Below are positions 1 through 9,124 of a DNA stretch of 64,000 bases, one piece after another. Position numbers and translations under genes: made by a program. Every line of letters begins with the position of its first letter. Within the stretch, counting starts at the first letter, position 1. Origin of the DNA: Treponema sp. (lineage in GTDB: Bacteria > Spirochaetota > Spirochaetia > Treponematales > Treponemataceae); NCBI GenBank assembly GCA_024690865.1, contig JAILON010000012.1, positions 5,478 through 69,477 of the forward strand. Reading direction: 5' to 3'. The notes under the pieces were generated by a model. It saw nothing but the letters and a program-made list of their open reading frames with translations, did not search any database and was not told where the DNA came from.

Positions 1-365
1 AATTCGATGCAGCAAGTTTTATTTCACTATGTGCTTTTGGCTATTATCAAGAATATGGAGAAATGCCAGAAACTCTTTGTGATTTGCAGAAGAAAGAATA
101 CTCTGAAAATACACAGGATCATTTGGATGTTTATTCAGAATGTGGATTTGAAATATTCTTACAAAAAAAGAATACTAGGAGGCTTGATATTTATGTTAAT
201 AGCAAAAGGATGCAATGTCATCTCGTATATGAAGTCGAGGCAGCTCATCATTTTTCTGAATATTTGAATGGAGCTTTAATAGATGAATATTACAGAAGTG
301 ATTCTGGATATATTTTGGATGATCCTGCCAGACTGTTATTCAGTGGGGAGGCGCCAGAAGAATGA
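1..365 (+). CDS. 5'-partial hypothetical protein, AT-rich; possibly a polymorphic-toxin C-terminus or immunity-type gene
   Basis: The frame of ORF 63..365 is open back to the window edge (FDAASFISLCAFGYYQEYGEM...). It overlaps the next ORF by ATGA and lies next to an RHS fragment. Confidence 0.55.
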   Translation, partial: FDAASFISLCAFGYYQEYGEMPETLCDLQKKEYSENTQDHLDVYSECGFEIFLQKKNTRRLDIYVNSKRMQCHLVYEVEAAHHFSEYLNGALIDEYYRSDSGYILDDPARLLFSGEAPEE

Positions 366-856
366 AAGGGATTGCTGCTAAATTTTTGATTACTCTGTTA
401 GCTTGTTGTGTGTATGCCAAGACAAGAACCGTCAGGGTATATGACAAGATTGCAGACAAGGAGTTTTTCATGTATGACTCTATCCAAGAGTTTAATGAAA
501 GCAGAAAGGGAAAGTTTTCTACTCACATATATAATGGTGATTTAGAAATATATGAAGTGTTTGAGTTGTATACGGTCGGCTTCTGGCAAGGAGGTGATTA
601 TATAGACTATATAAAACTGAAATCAGGCAATCTATCCTTGGAAATGGATGGCAAGGAAATTCTTTTTTTTCATCGCACACTGAGCGATATTGAAAGTCAG
701 CTTGGAACTGATTACCATCGTCCAAAAAACTTTAATAATCGTATTGAGTATATGTTTAAAACAAACAGACCTTTATATAATATATACATTGCATTTCATT
801 TTGATAATGGGAAATGTATTGCCGTTGAAATATATGATGATGGGAGGTTTGTATAG
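362..856 (+). CDS. hypothetical exported protein (possible immunity protein)
   Basis: 164 aa, signal-peptide-like N-terminus, AT-rich, GGGGAGG upstream, translationally coupled to the previous ORF. Confidence 0.65.
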   Translation: MKGIAAKFLITLLACCVYAKTRTVRVYDKIADKEFFMYDSIQEFNESRKGKFSTHIYNGDLEIYEVFELYTVGFWQGGDYIDYIKLKSGNLSLEMDGKEILFFHRTLSDIESQLGTDYHRPKNFNNRIEYMFKTNRPLYNIYIAFHFDNGKCIAVEIYDDGRFV

Positions 857-903
857 TTCGAAAAAAGGGTGGCTTGATATATGATGAGTTATAGGTAATT
901 GAA

Positions 904-1314
904 ATGATAGAGGCAAAAAAGAAGTTTTTGATGTCATATAAAAGGAGACATCTGACACGTACAGGCAGAGACGCTGCCCGCCTTGAGTACGATGCGGACG
1001 GGAACCTCATAAAGGAATGCAGCTGCGGCAAGGAAGCAGTCTACGCCTACAATGCCGCAAACCGCATGGCGGAAAGCCACATAACCGAGATACGGAACGG
1101 CTCACGGCAAACACCGAAGGATACCGTATATGCGTCCGACCGCTTCGTGACGACCGCTCTTACATCCGGTGCGGGTGACAAAATATTCAAGGACTGTAGT
1201 ACCAGACTTGTCGGCGGTGCGGGCACTTCCTGGAATGCCAGTAATCCAACTGACACGACCTATGCCCACATCGACGGCGTCGGCGGTCCCGGCTACTTCA
1301 CCGCCGCGCCGTAA
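904..1314 (+). pseudogene. chimeric remnant: RHS/YD-repeat fragment fused to a BspA/DUF285-type surface-protein C-terminus
   Basis: EYDADGNLIKE...YAYNAANRM is YD-repeat-like. TVYASDRFVTT...LVGGAGT...YAHIDG...PGYFT resembles C-termini of BspA/DUF285 proteins. Confidence 0.6.
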
Positions 1315-1602
1315 GCCCGGGTCGGAGGGAGGCTGCTTCACGCTCAAGCCCTAATCCCCCGCCCCCGGAGGGGGGGGCGGGGGAGGGCGCTCCTTCTCTG
1401 GCGGGACCGCATTACTGTGGTTGTCAGCTGTGCCCGCCAGTCTCCCTAACGTCCCCGCCCTACGGAAACGTATAGAGCGGGAAGGGGAACCGACAGCGTA
1501 GCGTCAAGGCTATACGCTTCCTCTGTCGGAAGCGTCTGTATCGGAAGGAGCGTGTCGTCGCTGTGCCCCGCCTGTACTGCCGTCTGGGGAGGAGCAGTCC
1601 TG

Positions 1603-1865
1603 CTATGCCAGCACGGGCTCTGTCCCTGCAGCAAGTTTCTCCACCTCCTCTAGGGGCAGACCAGTTATATCGGCTATTTGCTCAAGGGTTCCCCAAGCCC
1701 CATGCTGAGCATCTTTCGGGCAGTTTCCATACGGGTCTTCTTTACGCCCTTCTCCTCGGCAAGCTCAATCCCGTTCCAGTAGTCCGCCTCCGCGCGGTCC
1801 ATCGACAGGTGGTAGGCCCAGGCCTTCTCCTCCGCGCTGACATTGTTGTATGCTCTCATCGCCAT
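1603..1865 (-). CDS. Rpn C-terminal cassette 3 (divergent tail; frameshift near 1690)
   Basis: AAGGAGG-N8-ATG start, same N-half as the other cassettes. After a shift at a G run it continues EQIADITGLPLEEVEKLAAGTEPVLA to TAG at 1603. Confidence 0.7.
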
Positions 1866-2553
1866 GCCGTATTCCTCCTTCCAGTCCGCCTTGCTTCCAA
1901 GCTCCTGCAGGACTTCCGGACTGTTATTTCTCTATGCCTCCACTGTGGTCGCCTCCAGCTGTACGGCCAGCTTTTCGACCTCCTCCAGCGGAAGCTCCAC
2001 TGCCTGTGCTATCTGTTCGTGGGACAGTATGTTCATAGTAAGGAGGTTCCGGGCGTCTGACAGGGCCTTGTTCCGCTCTCCCTTCTCCTCGGCAAGTTCA
2101 AGTCCGTTCCAGTAATCTGCCTCAGCCCGATCCATCGACAGGTGGTAGGCCCAGGCCTTCTCCTCTGCGCTGACATTGTTGTATGCTCTCATCGCCATGC
2201 TGTACTCCTCCTTCCAGTCCGCCTTGCTTCCAAGCTCCTGCAGGACTTCCGGACTGGTATTTCTCTATGCCTCCACTGTGGTCGCCTCCAGCTGTACGGC
2301 CAGCTTTTCGACCTCCTCCAGCGGAAGCTCCACTGCCTGTGCTATCTGTTCGTGGGACAGTATGTTCATAGTAAGGAGGTTCCGGGCGGCTGACAGGGCC
2401 TTGTTCCGCTCACCCTTCTCCTCGGCAAGCTCAAGCCCGTTCCAGTAGTCCGCCTCTGCGCGGTCCATCGACAGGTGGTAGGCCCAGGCCTTCTCCTCCG
2501 CGCTGACATTGTTGTATGCTCTCATCGCCATGCCGTATTCCTCCTTCCAGTCC
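1747..2553 (-). repeat. 333-bp-period tandem repeat, about 2.4 units
   Basis: ATG starts at 2531, 2198 and 1865; near-identical 66-bp linkers at 2199-2264 and 1866-1931. Confidence 0.95.
1932..2198 (-). CDS. Rpn C-terminal cassette 2 (stand-alone RpnS-like small protein, 88 aa)
   Basis: Own AAGGAGG RBS; differs by one amino acid from the C-terminal 88 aa of the upstream Rpn frame. Confidence 0.85.
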   Translation of the reverse strand: MAMRAYNNVSAEEKAWAYHLSMDRAEADYWNGLELAEEKGERNKALSDARNLLTMNILSHEQIAQAVELPLEEVEKLAVQLEATTVEA

Positions 2554-2918
2554 AAGTCCCGGCCCAGCCTGTCCAGAACTCCAGAATCTGTACTCCCTGC
2601 TATAAAGCTACACCAGTTGGCCGCCTTTTTCAAGCTCGCATCCACGGTGTCCGGCACCTTCAGGTTGAAGAAGAGGACCTTGAGCCGGTCCGACAGCACG
2701 TCCCCGTCGTCCAGCCGCATCATCGCCCGGTGGTAAAACTCCCCGTCCTCAAAGAGGTCGAAGTCTATGAGGAAAATCTGATAGACGTTCGGGGCGTTCT
2801 TGTACTTCTCGCCCCTCCCCAGGCTTCCCGCGTAGAGCTTGCAGGCATAGTAGAGCGACCGAAGCTTCTGGTTATCGTCCGCCTTGGTCAGCTGCAGACC
2901 GTTCCACGTCAGACTTGC
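2265..2918 (-). pseudogene. 5'-truncated Rpn family (PD-(D/E)XK_2) nuclease with internal RBS/ATG at 2531
   Basis: The frame is open up to a TAG at 2919-2921 and reads LQLTKADDNQKLRSLYYACKLYAGSLGRGEKYKNAPNVYQIFLIDFDLF, a typical Rpn motif block. The N-terminal catalytic part is missing. The C-terminus has EEKG..KAL..ARNLL..EQIA..L.LEEV. Confidence 0.8.
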
Positions 2919-2949
2919 CTAATTCTTTATTTAATCGTATAATGGAGAT

Positions 2950-3657
2950 GTGTCGGAATTGTATATAGTGGGGACCCCGATCGGGAACCTGGGGGACATA
3001 ACATACAGGGCGCTGGAGACTTTCAGGGCGGTCGATGTGGTTGCTGCCGAGGACACGCGGCATACGCTCCAGCTCCTCACCCACTTTGACATCCACAAGC
3101 CGCTCGTCAGCTGCCGCTCGCAGAACGAGGGCTTCGCCTCCGACAAAATCATCGGGATGCTGGACGAGGGGCAGACCGTCGCCTACGCGAGCGACGCGGG
3201 CACGCCGGGCATCAGCGACCCCGGTTCCGTCCTTGCGGGCAAGGCGCGGCAGGCCGGGCACAGGGTCATCCCCATCCCTGGGGCGAGCGCGTTTGCGACC
3301 CTGGCGAGCGTGGCCGGGGAGGGTGGCAAGACCCTGGTTTTTGAAGGCTTCCTGTCGCCCAAGCCGGGCCGCAGGAGGGCTCGGGTCAAGGAGCTGATGG
3401 AGGGCGGAAATTCGTTTATTTTATACGAAAGTCCCTTCAGAATTGTAAAGCTCCTCGCCGATATTGCCGATATTGACAGCGAGAGGCGTGTGGTCGTAGG
3501 CAGGGAACTGACGAAGCTGCACGAGGAGATAAGCGAGGGAAGCGCCAGGCAAGTTCTGGATGATTATTCCTCGAGGACGAAAGTCCAAGGGGAGCTTGCG
3601 GTGTTCGTCTCTGGCTTAAAGAAGATTCAAGTATCGGACGGATACTCCGATACTTAA
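2950..3657 (+). CDS. rsmI: 16S rRNA (cytidine1402-2'-O)-methyltransferase
   Basis: LYIVGTPIGNLGDIT, AEDTR, SDAGTPGISDPG, YESPFR and RELTKLHEE motifs. Confidence 0.95.
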   Translation: MSELYIVGTPIGNLGDITYRALETFRAVDVVAAEDTRHTLQLLTHFDIHKPLVSCRSQNEGFASDKIIGMLDEGQTVAYASDAGTPGISDPGSVLAGKARQAGHRVIPIPGASAFATLASVAGEGGKTLVFEGFLSPKPGRRRARVKELMEGGNSFILYESPFRIVKLLADIADIDSERRVVVGRELTKLHEEISEGSARQVLDDYSSRTKVQGELAVFVSGLKKIQVSDGYSDT

Positions 3658-3671
3658 ACAAGAGAGGTATT

Positions 3672-3962
3672 GTGATGGTAACAAAAATCAATGTCACGAA
3701 TCCAATCACTAATCTGCAGAATACAGGGAAGGTATCTGCATCCAAGCGCGTCACTTCATTCTCCGATGAAATAGAGGTGTCAGCACAGGCCAAGGAAGCG
3801 GCCGAAGCTTACTATCTAGAGACGGTTGCGAAGGAGACCCCTGATGTCAGGGCCGATCTTGTAGAGCAGATTAAATTGAAGATTCAGGATCCGGATTACC
3901 TGAACGCGGACAGAATTGCCGCGACGGCGGATCAGATTCTCAGCGCCTACGGGCTGGCCTAG
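3672..3962 (+). CDS. flgM: flagellar anti-sigma-28 factor FlgM
   Basis: 96 aa with DEIEVS..A...PDVRADLVEQIKLKIQ..Y..IA pattern. Confidence 0.8.
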   Translation: MMVTKINVTNPITNLQNTGKVSASKRVTSFSDEIEVSAQAKEAAEAYYLETVAKETPDVRADLVEQIKLKIQDPDYLNADRIAATADQILSAYGLA

Positions 3963-3984
3963 GAGACTGGGCGGTCCGGTGGGT

Positions 3985-4018
3985 AAAAGGGCGGAATGTC
4001 TTTCCGTCCTTTTTTTTT
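3985..4018 (+). terminator. intrinsic terminator
   Basis: AAAAGGGCGGAA-loop-TTCCGTCC followed by a long T run after flgM. Confidence 0.85.
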
Positions 4019-4090
4019 AAAAACAGGGCAGTGGGAAAGCTTCGCTTTCCTGCATGCCTACCATATTTAGGAAACGCGGCGGTTTAAAGT

Positions 4091-5239
4091 ATGTCAGATT
4101 TTTCATTTCAGATTCCACAGAAGGTTTTGCTGAGCTCTTACGGGATTATACGGCTCGGAGAGTTCGTGCAGGAATGGGGCGACAAGTTCATGATCGTCAT
4201 GGACCCCATCCTGACGCAGGTGGAGGCAGGGGAGAAGATAACCAAGCCCCTGACCGACAGGAAGCTGGATTTCTTCACCTTTACTGACATAGACGGTCCG
4301 GCGGACACAAAGACGCTTGACTCCGCGCTCAATCTGGCACGGCAGGCCCACGTGGACGGCATCGTCGCGGCGGGCGGAAGCAAGGCGATTTCGCTTGGCC
4401 GCGCCGTGGCCAAGCTCTACAACGACAAGCGGGAGACCTACACCGCCCTGGAGAAGGACGACGTCACGGCTCCGGCACTTCCCCTCGTCTGCGTCCCCAC
4501 GACGATCCGCGACCGCTTCATGTTCACCAAGGCGATTCCCCTTGTGGACTCCCGTTCTTCCGTCCTCCGCATCATGCACACCACGAGCGGGGCGGGTGAT
4601 ACGATAATCTGCGATCCCAACCTGACGCTGTCCCTTTCCAACAACCAGTCGTCGTCAATCTCGCTGGAGACGCTGGCCCTCATGCTTGAGGCATACATCA
4701 GCCCCCGCGCCAACTTCTTCTCCGACATGGCCGCCGAAAAGGCGATGGAGCTGTTCGCGCTCGCCTACTATGGGACGGAGTCGCTCGACGTGACCACCCC
4801 TCGGGAGGAGCTTTTGTCGCAGGCCGGCCTCATGGCCTCCCTCGCGGCATCGACGTCGTCGCTCGGCATGACGAGCCTCCTGGCCGTCTGCATAAATGCC
4901 CGCTTCGGTACGCCGAGCGCGCTGGTGGCCTCCGTCCTCCTCCCCTACATCGTGGATGACGCGGCCAAGTTCCGACTGGGCAGGCTGGCACACGCCGCCC
5001 GCATCCTCAAGGCGACCGAGGACGGCACCGACGACACCAAGGCGGCGAGCGACCTCGCGGACCTCATCAGGAAGAACCTGGCGGCATACAACCTGCCCGC
5101 CCGCATGAAGGACTTGAACCTGTCGCTTGAGAACCTGTCGCTGGCCGCCGAGGACGCGGGCAAGACCGAGTTCATCAACAGCCTGCCCCGCAGCATGAGC
5201 AGCGACGACCTCTTCGCCCTCATCAAGACCGCCTACTGA
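4091..5239 (+). CDS. iron-containing alcohol dehydrogenase family protein (degenerate)
   Basis: GIVAAGGSKAI, CVPTT and ICDPNLT motifs; the metal-binding His residues are not evident. Confidence 0.8.
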   Translation: MSDFSFQIPQKVLLSSYGIIRLGEFVQEWGDKFMIVMDPILTQVEAGEKITKPLTDRKLDFFTFTDIDGPADTKTLDSALNLARQAHVDGIVAAGGSKAISLGRAVAKLYNDKRETYTALEKDDVTAPALPLVCVPTTIRDRFMFTKAIPLVDSRSSVLRIMHTTSGAGDTIICDPNLTLSLSNNQSSSISLETLALMLEAYISPRANFFSDMAAEKAMELFALAYYGTESLDVTTPREELLSQAGLMASLAASTSSLGMTSLLAVCINARFGTPSALVASVLLPYIVDDAAKFRLGRLAHAARILKATEDGTDDTKAASDLADLIRKNLAAYNLPARMKDLNLSLENLSLAAEDAGKTEFINSLPRSMSSDDLFALIKTAY

Positions 5240-6165
5240 TGATAGACCCCGAACGCCTTTTCCAGCTGGAGCCGGGCCAGAAGCGGCGGAAGCTTGCCCT
5301 GACCTTCGGCGAGCTGGAGAGGGACATCGCGGGCATAGCCGAAAAAGGCACCGAATACAATTTTGCCAAGATGAGCCGCCGGGACTACACGAAGGCGGTG
5401 TGCCGCATCGTTCTGGACGACCCCAAGCTTCCCGCCCCCGAGCGGGAGCAACTTTCTTCTATATTACAGCAGCAGGATTTTGATGAGAGGCGGGCATGCA
5501 ACCTTGCCCGCAACGCCCTGCTCGGCATACTGGGGACCTTCCCCGCCGAGTGGGACCTCGTCATCGCCCCCCATGCAGTTGCCGCAAGCGATGCAGACGG
5601 CGGCGGTGCGGATACGGCAGCTGTTGCCGGGGCGGGGGCCGGAGGCGGTGCGGACGTTCGGTCTGACAGGACGGACGCGAGCGGCGGCGTTGGGGGCCCC
5701 GGCGGGCTTGTCCGTGAGCGCAGCTTTTTCCCCGGCGTGTCGGTCTACGCCGAGGACATCCGCTCGCCCTTCAACATCGGTTCGATTTTCCGCACGGCAG
5801 AGGCGATGGGCTGCGAGAAGGTCTACGTGTCCCCCCTCTGCATAGACCCCGCCCATCCCCGGGCCATACGGTCGGGCATGGGCTGTATAGAGACGATGGG
5901 CTGGACCCGCTGTGCCCTGGACGAGCTGCCGCATGATAATCCGGTCTTCGTGCTGGAGACGGGCGGCACGCCCATAAACGAGTTCAAATTCCCGGAGAAA
6001 GGCATCGTGATAATCGGTTCGGAGGAGCTGGGTGTCAGTCCCGAGGCCCTGCGCCGGGCGGACGGGGGCTGCGTGTCCATCCCCATGACCGGGCTCAAGG
6101 CCTCGCTCAACGTCGGCGTGGCCTTCGGCATCCTGATGCAGGCTTGGACCGGCGGGCGCGCATAA
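5239..6165 (+). CDS. TrmH/SpoU family RNA methyltransferase
   Basis: EDIRSPFNIGSIFRTA, IIGSEELG and SIPM..SLNV motifs. Confidence 0.9.
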   Translation: MIDPERLFQLEPGQKRRKLALTFGELERDIAGIAEKGTEYNFAKMSRRDYTKAVCRIVLDDPKLPAPEREQLSSILQQQDFDERRACNLARNALLGILGTFPAEWDLVIAPHAVAASDADGGGADTAAVAGAGAGGGADVRSDRTDASGGVGGPGGLVRERSFFPGVSVYAEDIRSPFNIGSIFRTAEAMGCEKVYVSPLCIDPAHPRAIRSGMGCIETMGWTRCALDELPHDNPVFVLETGGTPINEFKFPEKGIVIIGSEELGVSPEALRRADGGCVSIPMTGLKASLNVGVAFGILMQAWTGGRA

Positions 6166-6317
6166 GAACGCCTTTGCGGCGTACGGGGACCGCTGGCAGT
6201 GCGGGCGAAAAAGGGCGGCGAAGTCCTCAGAAAGGCTTTGTTTAAATAGGAAAATGGTGTATACTTGTTGTTGCTTATATTTTGTGCTGTGTTATTGCAT
6301 CACGTTCTGGAGGTTGC

Positions 6318-8882
6318 ATGAAAAGGATACATTTGTTAGGAAGCTCCGCCGTGGCCATTGCCCTGGCTGCGGCCATGCTTGTTTCTTGCGGCGGTTCCGG
6401 CAAGTACAAGGCCGGGACCTACACGGGGACGGCGGAAGGTCGCAACGGCGAGCTGGAAGTCACTGTGAAGCTGTCCAGCAGCAAGATTACGGCGGTTTCT
6501 GTCACCAGGCATGAAGAGACGCCGGGAATTTCGGACGCGGCGATAAAGGACGTCCCTGCGGCGATAGTCAAGGCCCAGTCAACCAATGTTGATGCTGTTT
6601 CTGGCGCGACGATTACGTCCAATGCCATAATGGCGGCTGCGAAGGCGGCTCTGGCCAGTGCGGGCGTGTCGGAGACGGGTTCTGCCGCTGCTCCCCGGAA
6701 GAATGCCGCGCTCAAGTACAAGTCGGGGACCTATTCTGGTTCGGCGTATGGTATGAACGGTCCCGTTGTTTTGGACGTGACGTTCAGCGACAGTGCGATT
6801 ACCGACATAAAGGTGTCTTCCTCAAAGGAGACCGCCCACGTTGGCGATCCCGTCTACCCCATCATGATCAAGGATGCGCTTGCGGCCAACGGTTCCGGTG
6901 TAGATGTCGTTTCCGGGGCAACGTTCACCAGTATTGCCGTGAAGAACGCGCTCAACGATGCGGCACGGCAGGCCGGAGTTTCAAGCCTGGACGACTTCAA
7001 GAAGAATACGGTAAAGCATGAGGCTCAGGCTCCCATTGACGAAAGCTACGATGTCGTCGTGGTCGGTGCGGGAGGAGCGGGAATTGCCGCCGCAGCCCAG
7101 GCTGCCCAGAACGGAGACACGGTCCTTGTTATAGAAAAGAATGCCGAGATCGGAGGAAACACGATTGTCTCCGGCGGCCAGTTCCAGTCCGTCATGCCCT
7201 ACCTCTGCTGGGAGGCCGACAATCCTGATGCGACCACGGGTGTGTATCCATTTGACGGCAAGACCTACGACAAGGTCAAGTCCGCAAACGGCAACATCAC
7301 GATACTCAAGGAAATCTTGAACTGGAACGAGAAGCCCTTTGACGGTTCGGGTGCGCAGAGCTGGTTTGTCGCTGGCGATACGGCGGAACTTTCCAAGCAC
7401 GGAGTCCATGCCGAGTACCTGCCGACGCTGCGGGAGCTGAAAAAGGAGATAAAGGCCTACCTTGCCTGGGCACAGCCCAAGTTGGACAAGGGAATAAACG
7501 AGTCCCAGCTGACCCTCTTCTCTACGCTCAACCTGCACATCTTCCAGACCTACTACGGCGGACTGCGTCCCAACCAGAACTATACGAAGTGGATTTACGG
7601 CGACTACGACCTGGTCCGCCAGTTCATCGTGGACGGCCAGGACCTCAAGCCTTGGCTTGAGTCCCAGGGGTCTACGTTTGTTGAGGACCAGCAGCCGACG
7701 CTTATCGGAGCCCTGTGGCACCGTGAGAACCAGTTCATCGGAGCGAACTTTGACGCAGACGGCGATGGCCAGAACGAGGTTGCGCAGTGGGGATCCTACT
7801 TTGTGCCCCCGCGCCGCACGCTTCTTGAAACCAGCCCCACCGCAAAGAGCAACAAGATCATGCTCCGCACGGATGCGAAGGAGCTTATCCTTGAGAACGG
7901 TCGCGTCACCGGTGTAAAGGCCGTCATGTACGATGGAACCCAGGTCACCGCCCATGCCAAGAAGGGCGTGGTGCTGGCAACGGGAGGCTACGCCGCCAAC
8001 ATCGCGAAGGTCCTCAAGACCAACGACTACTGGAAGGACGGCGCGATTACGAACAACACCCAGACGACCAACCGCTCTTCCCTGCAGGGAGATGGAATCA
8101 CGATGGGCGAGAAGGCCGGTGCTGCCACGACGGGACTGGACTTCACCCAGCTTATGCCCATTTCTTGGATAGACAACGGTCAGCTTGCGTTTGGTGGCGG
8201 AAACTATGCCATCTACATCAACCCGACGACCGGAAAGCGCTTTGTCAACGAGACGAGCGAGCGCGACGTGCTTTCGCTGGCAGAGCTTGCCAACGGAATA
8301 GAGCACGGTGGCACGATGGGTGTATTCCTGGAAATTGCCAACAGCAACCAGGCCATCCCCGGCCCCTATCCCTACGGAACGCCCAAGACCCCGGAAAGCT
8401 GGGAAGCCGACGTTGACTGGAGGCAGTACACCCGCACCGTGGACCAGCTGGGCGACCTGTTCAAGCAGTTGGGCTTGAGCCTGGATGCGGCGACCGTCCG
8501 CAAGGAGATAGAGGAGTACGACCATGCCCTTATGACCGGCAAGGAAGACAGCCTCGCCGTCACCAAGACCGGTTGGACTGCCCTGATTGGAAACGCCGAC
8601 CGCAAGGCCGATGGTTCCTTTGACGTGAACTCCTACACGCTTGACGGCGTGAAGCTCAAGATACGGGTCATGGCGCCTTCTACCCACCATACGATGGGAG
8701 GCCTTGCGGTGGACATCAACCGCCACGTGCTGGACGCAAGTGGCAACATCGTCAAGGGCCTGTACGCCGCCGGAGAGGTGACCGGAGGAATCCACGGAGG
8801 CAACCGCCTTGGTGGAAACGCCATCGTCGAAATCTTTGTTTCGGGCCGTACCGCTGCCAATGCGATAAAGGCCGACAACTAG
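6318..8882 (+). CDS. lipoprotein flavocytochrome-c-family reductase with two FMN-binding domains (urocanate reductase-like)
   Basis: Lipobox LVSC, two SGAT flavinylation motifs, VVVGAGGAG, FTQLMP, HHTMGG and GNRLGGN. GGAGG precedes ATG 6318. Confidence 0.9.
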   Translation: MKRIHLLGSSAVAIALAAAMLVSCGGSGKYKAGTYTGTAEGRNGELEVTVKLSSSKITAVSVTRHEETPGISDAAIKDVPAAIVKAQSTNVDAVSGATITSNAIMAAAKAALASAGVSETGSAAAPRKNAALKYKSGTYSGSAYGMNGPVVLDVTFSDSAITDIKVSSSKETAHVGDPVYPIMIKDALAANGSGVDVVSGATFTSIAVKNALNDAARQAGVSSLDDFKKNTVKHEAQAPIDESYDVVVVGAGGAGIAAAAQAAQNGDTVLVIEKNAEIGGNTIVSGGQFQSVMPYLCWEADNPDATTGVYPFDGKTYDKVKSANGNITILKEILNWNEKPFDGSGAQSWFVAGDTAELSKHGVHAEYLPTLRELKKEIKAYLAWAQPKLDKGINESQLTLFSTLNLHIFQTYYGGLRPNQNYTKWIYGDYDLVRQFIVDGQDLKPWLESQGSTFVEDQQPTLIGALWHRENQFIGANFDADGDGQNEVAQWGSYFVPPRRTLLETSPTAKSNKIMLRTDAKELILENGRVTGVKAVMYDGTQVTAHAKKGVVLATGGYAANIAKVLKTNDYWKDGAITNNTQTTNRSSLQGDGITMGEKAGAATTGLDFTQLMPISWIDNGQLAFGGGNYAIYINPTTGKRFVNETSERDVLSLAELANGIEHGGTMGVFLEIANSNQAIPGPYPYGTPKTPESWEADVDWRQYTRTVDQLGDLFKQLGLSLDAATVRKEIEEYDHALMTGKEDSLAVTKTGWTALIGNADRKADGSFDVNSYTLDGVKLKIRVMAPSTHHTMGGLAVDINRHVLDASGNIVKGLYAAGEVTGGIHGGNRLGGNAIVEIFVSGRTAANAIKADN

Positions 8883-9076
8883 GCCGGATGAGGCGGGTTC
8901 AAAAGTCCGGGCGGACTTTTGAATCTGGTCAAAATCCATTTTTTCAGGGCCGTGAGGCTGACGGGCGGAAGCCCCTGTAATAGGCGGTTTGTAACCTGTG
9001 GCAGGTAAAAGTCCAGACGGACGTGCCACCGCAGGTTTTGTACCGGTACAGGGGGCTTCTGCCCCTTTTCGTTTGT

Positions 9077-9105
9077 TTGACATATTGTTCATTCTGCGGT
9101 AGACT
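9077..9105 (+). promoter_or_regulatory. sigma70-type promoter of the glycan cluster
   Basis: TTGACA-17-TAGACT upstream of the ATG at 9125. Confidence 0.7.
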
Positions 9106-9124
9106 GCTTTCTAGGGTTTGGTAG

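Noticed and set aside
6981-9092. 703-aa antisense ORF
   Set aside because: Shadow of the reductase gene caused by GC-rich codon bias; no recognisable motifs.
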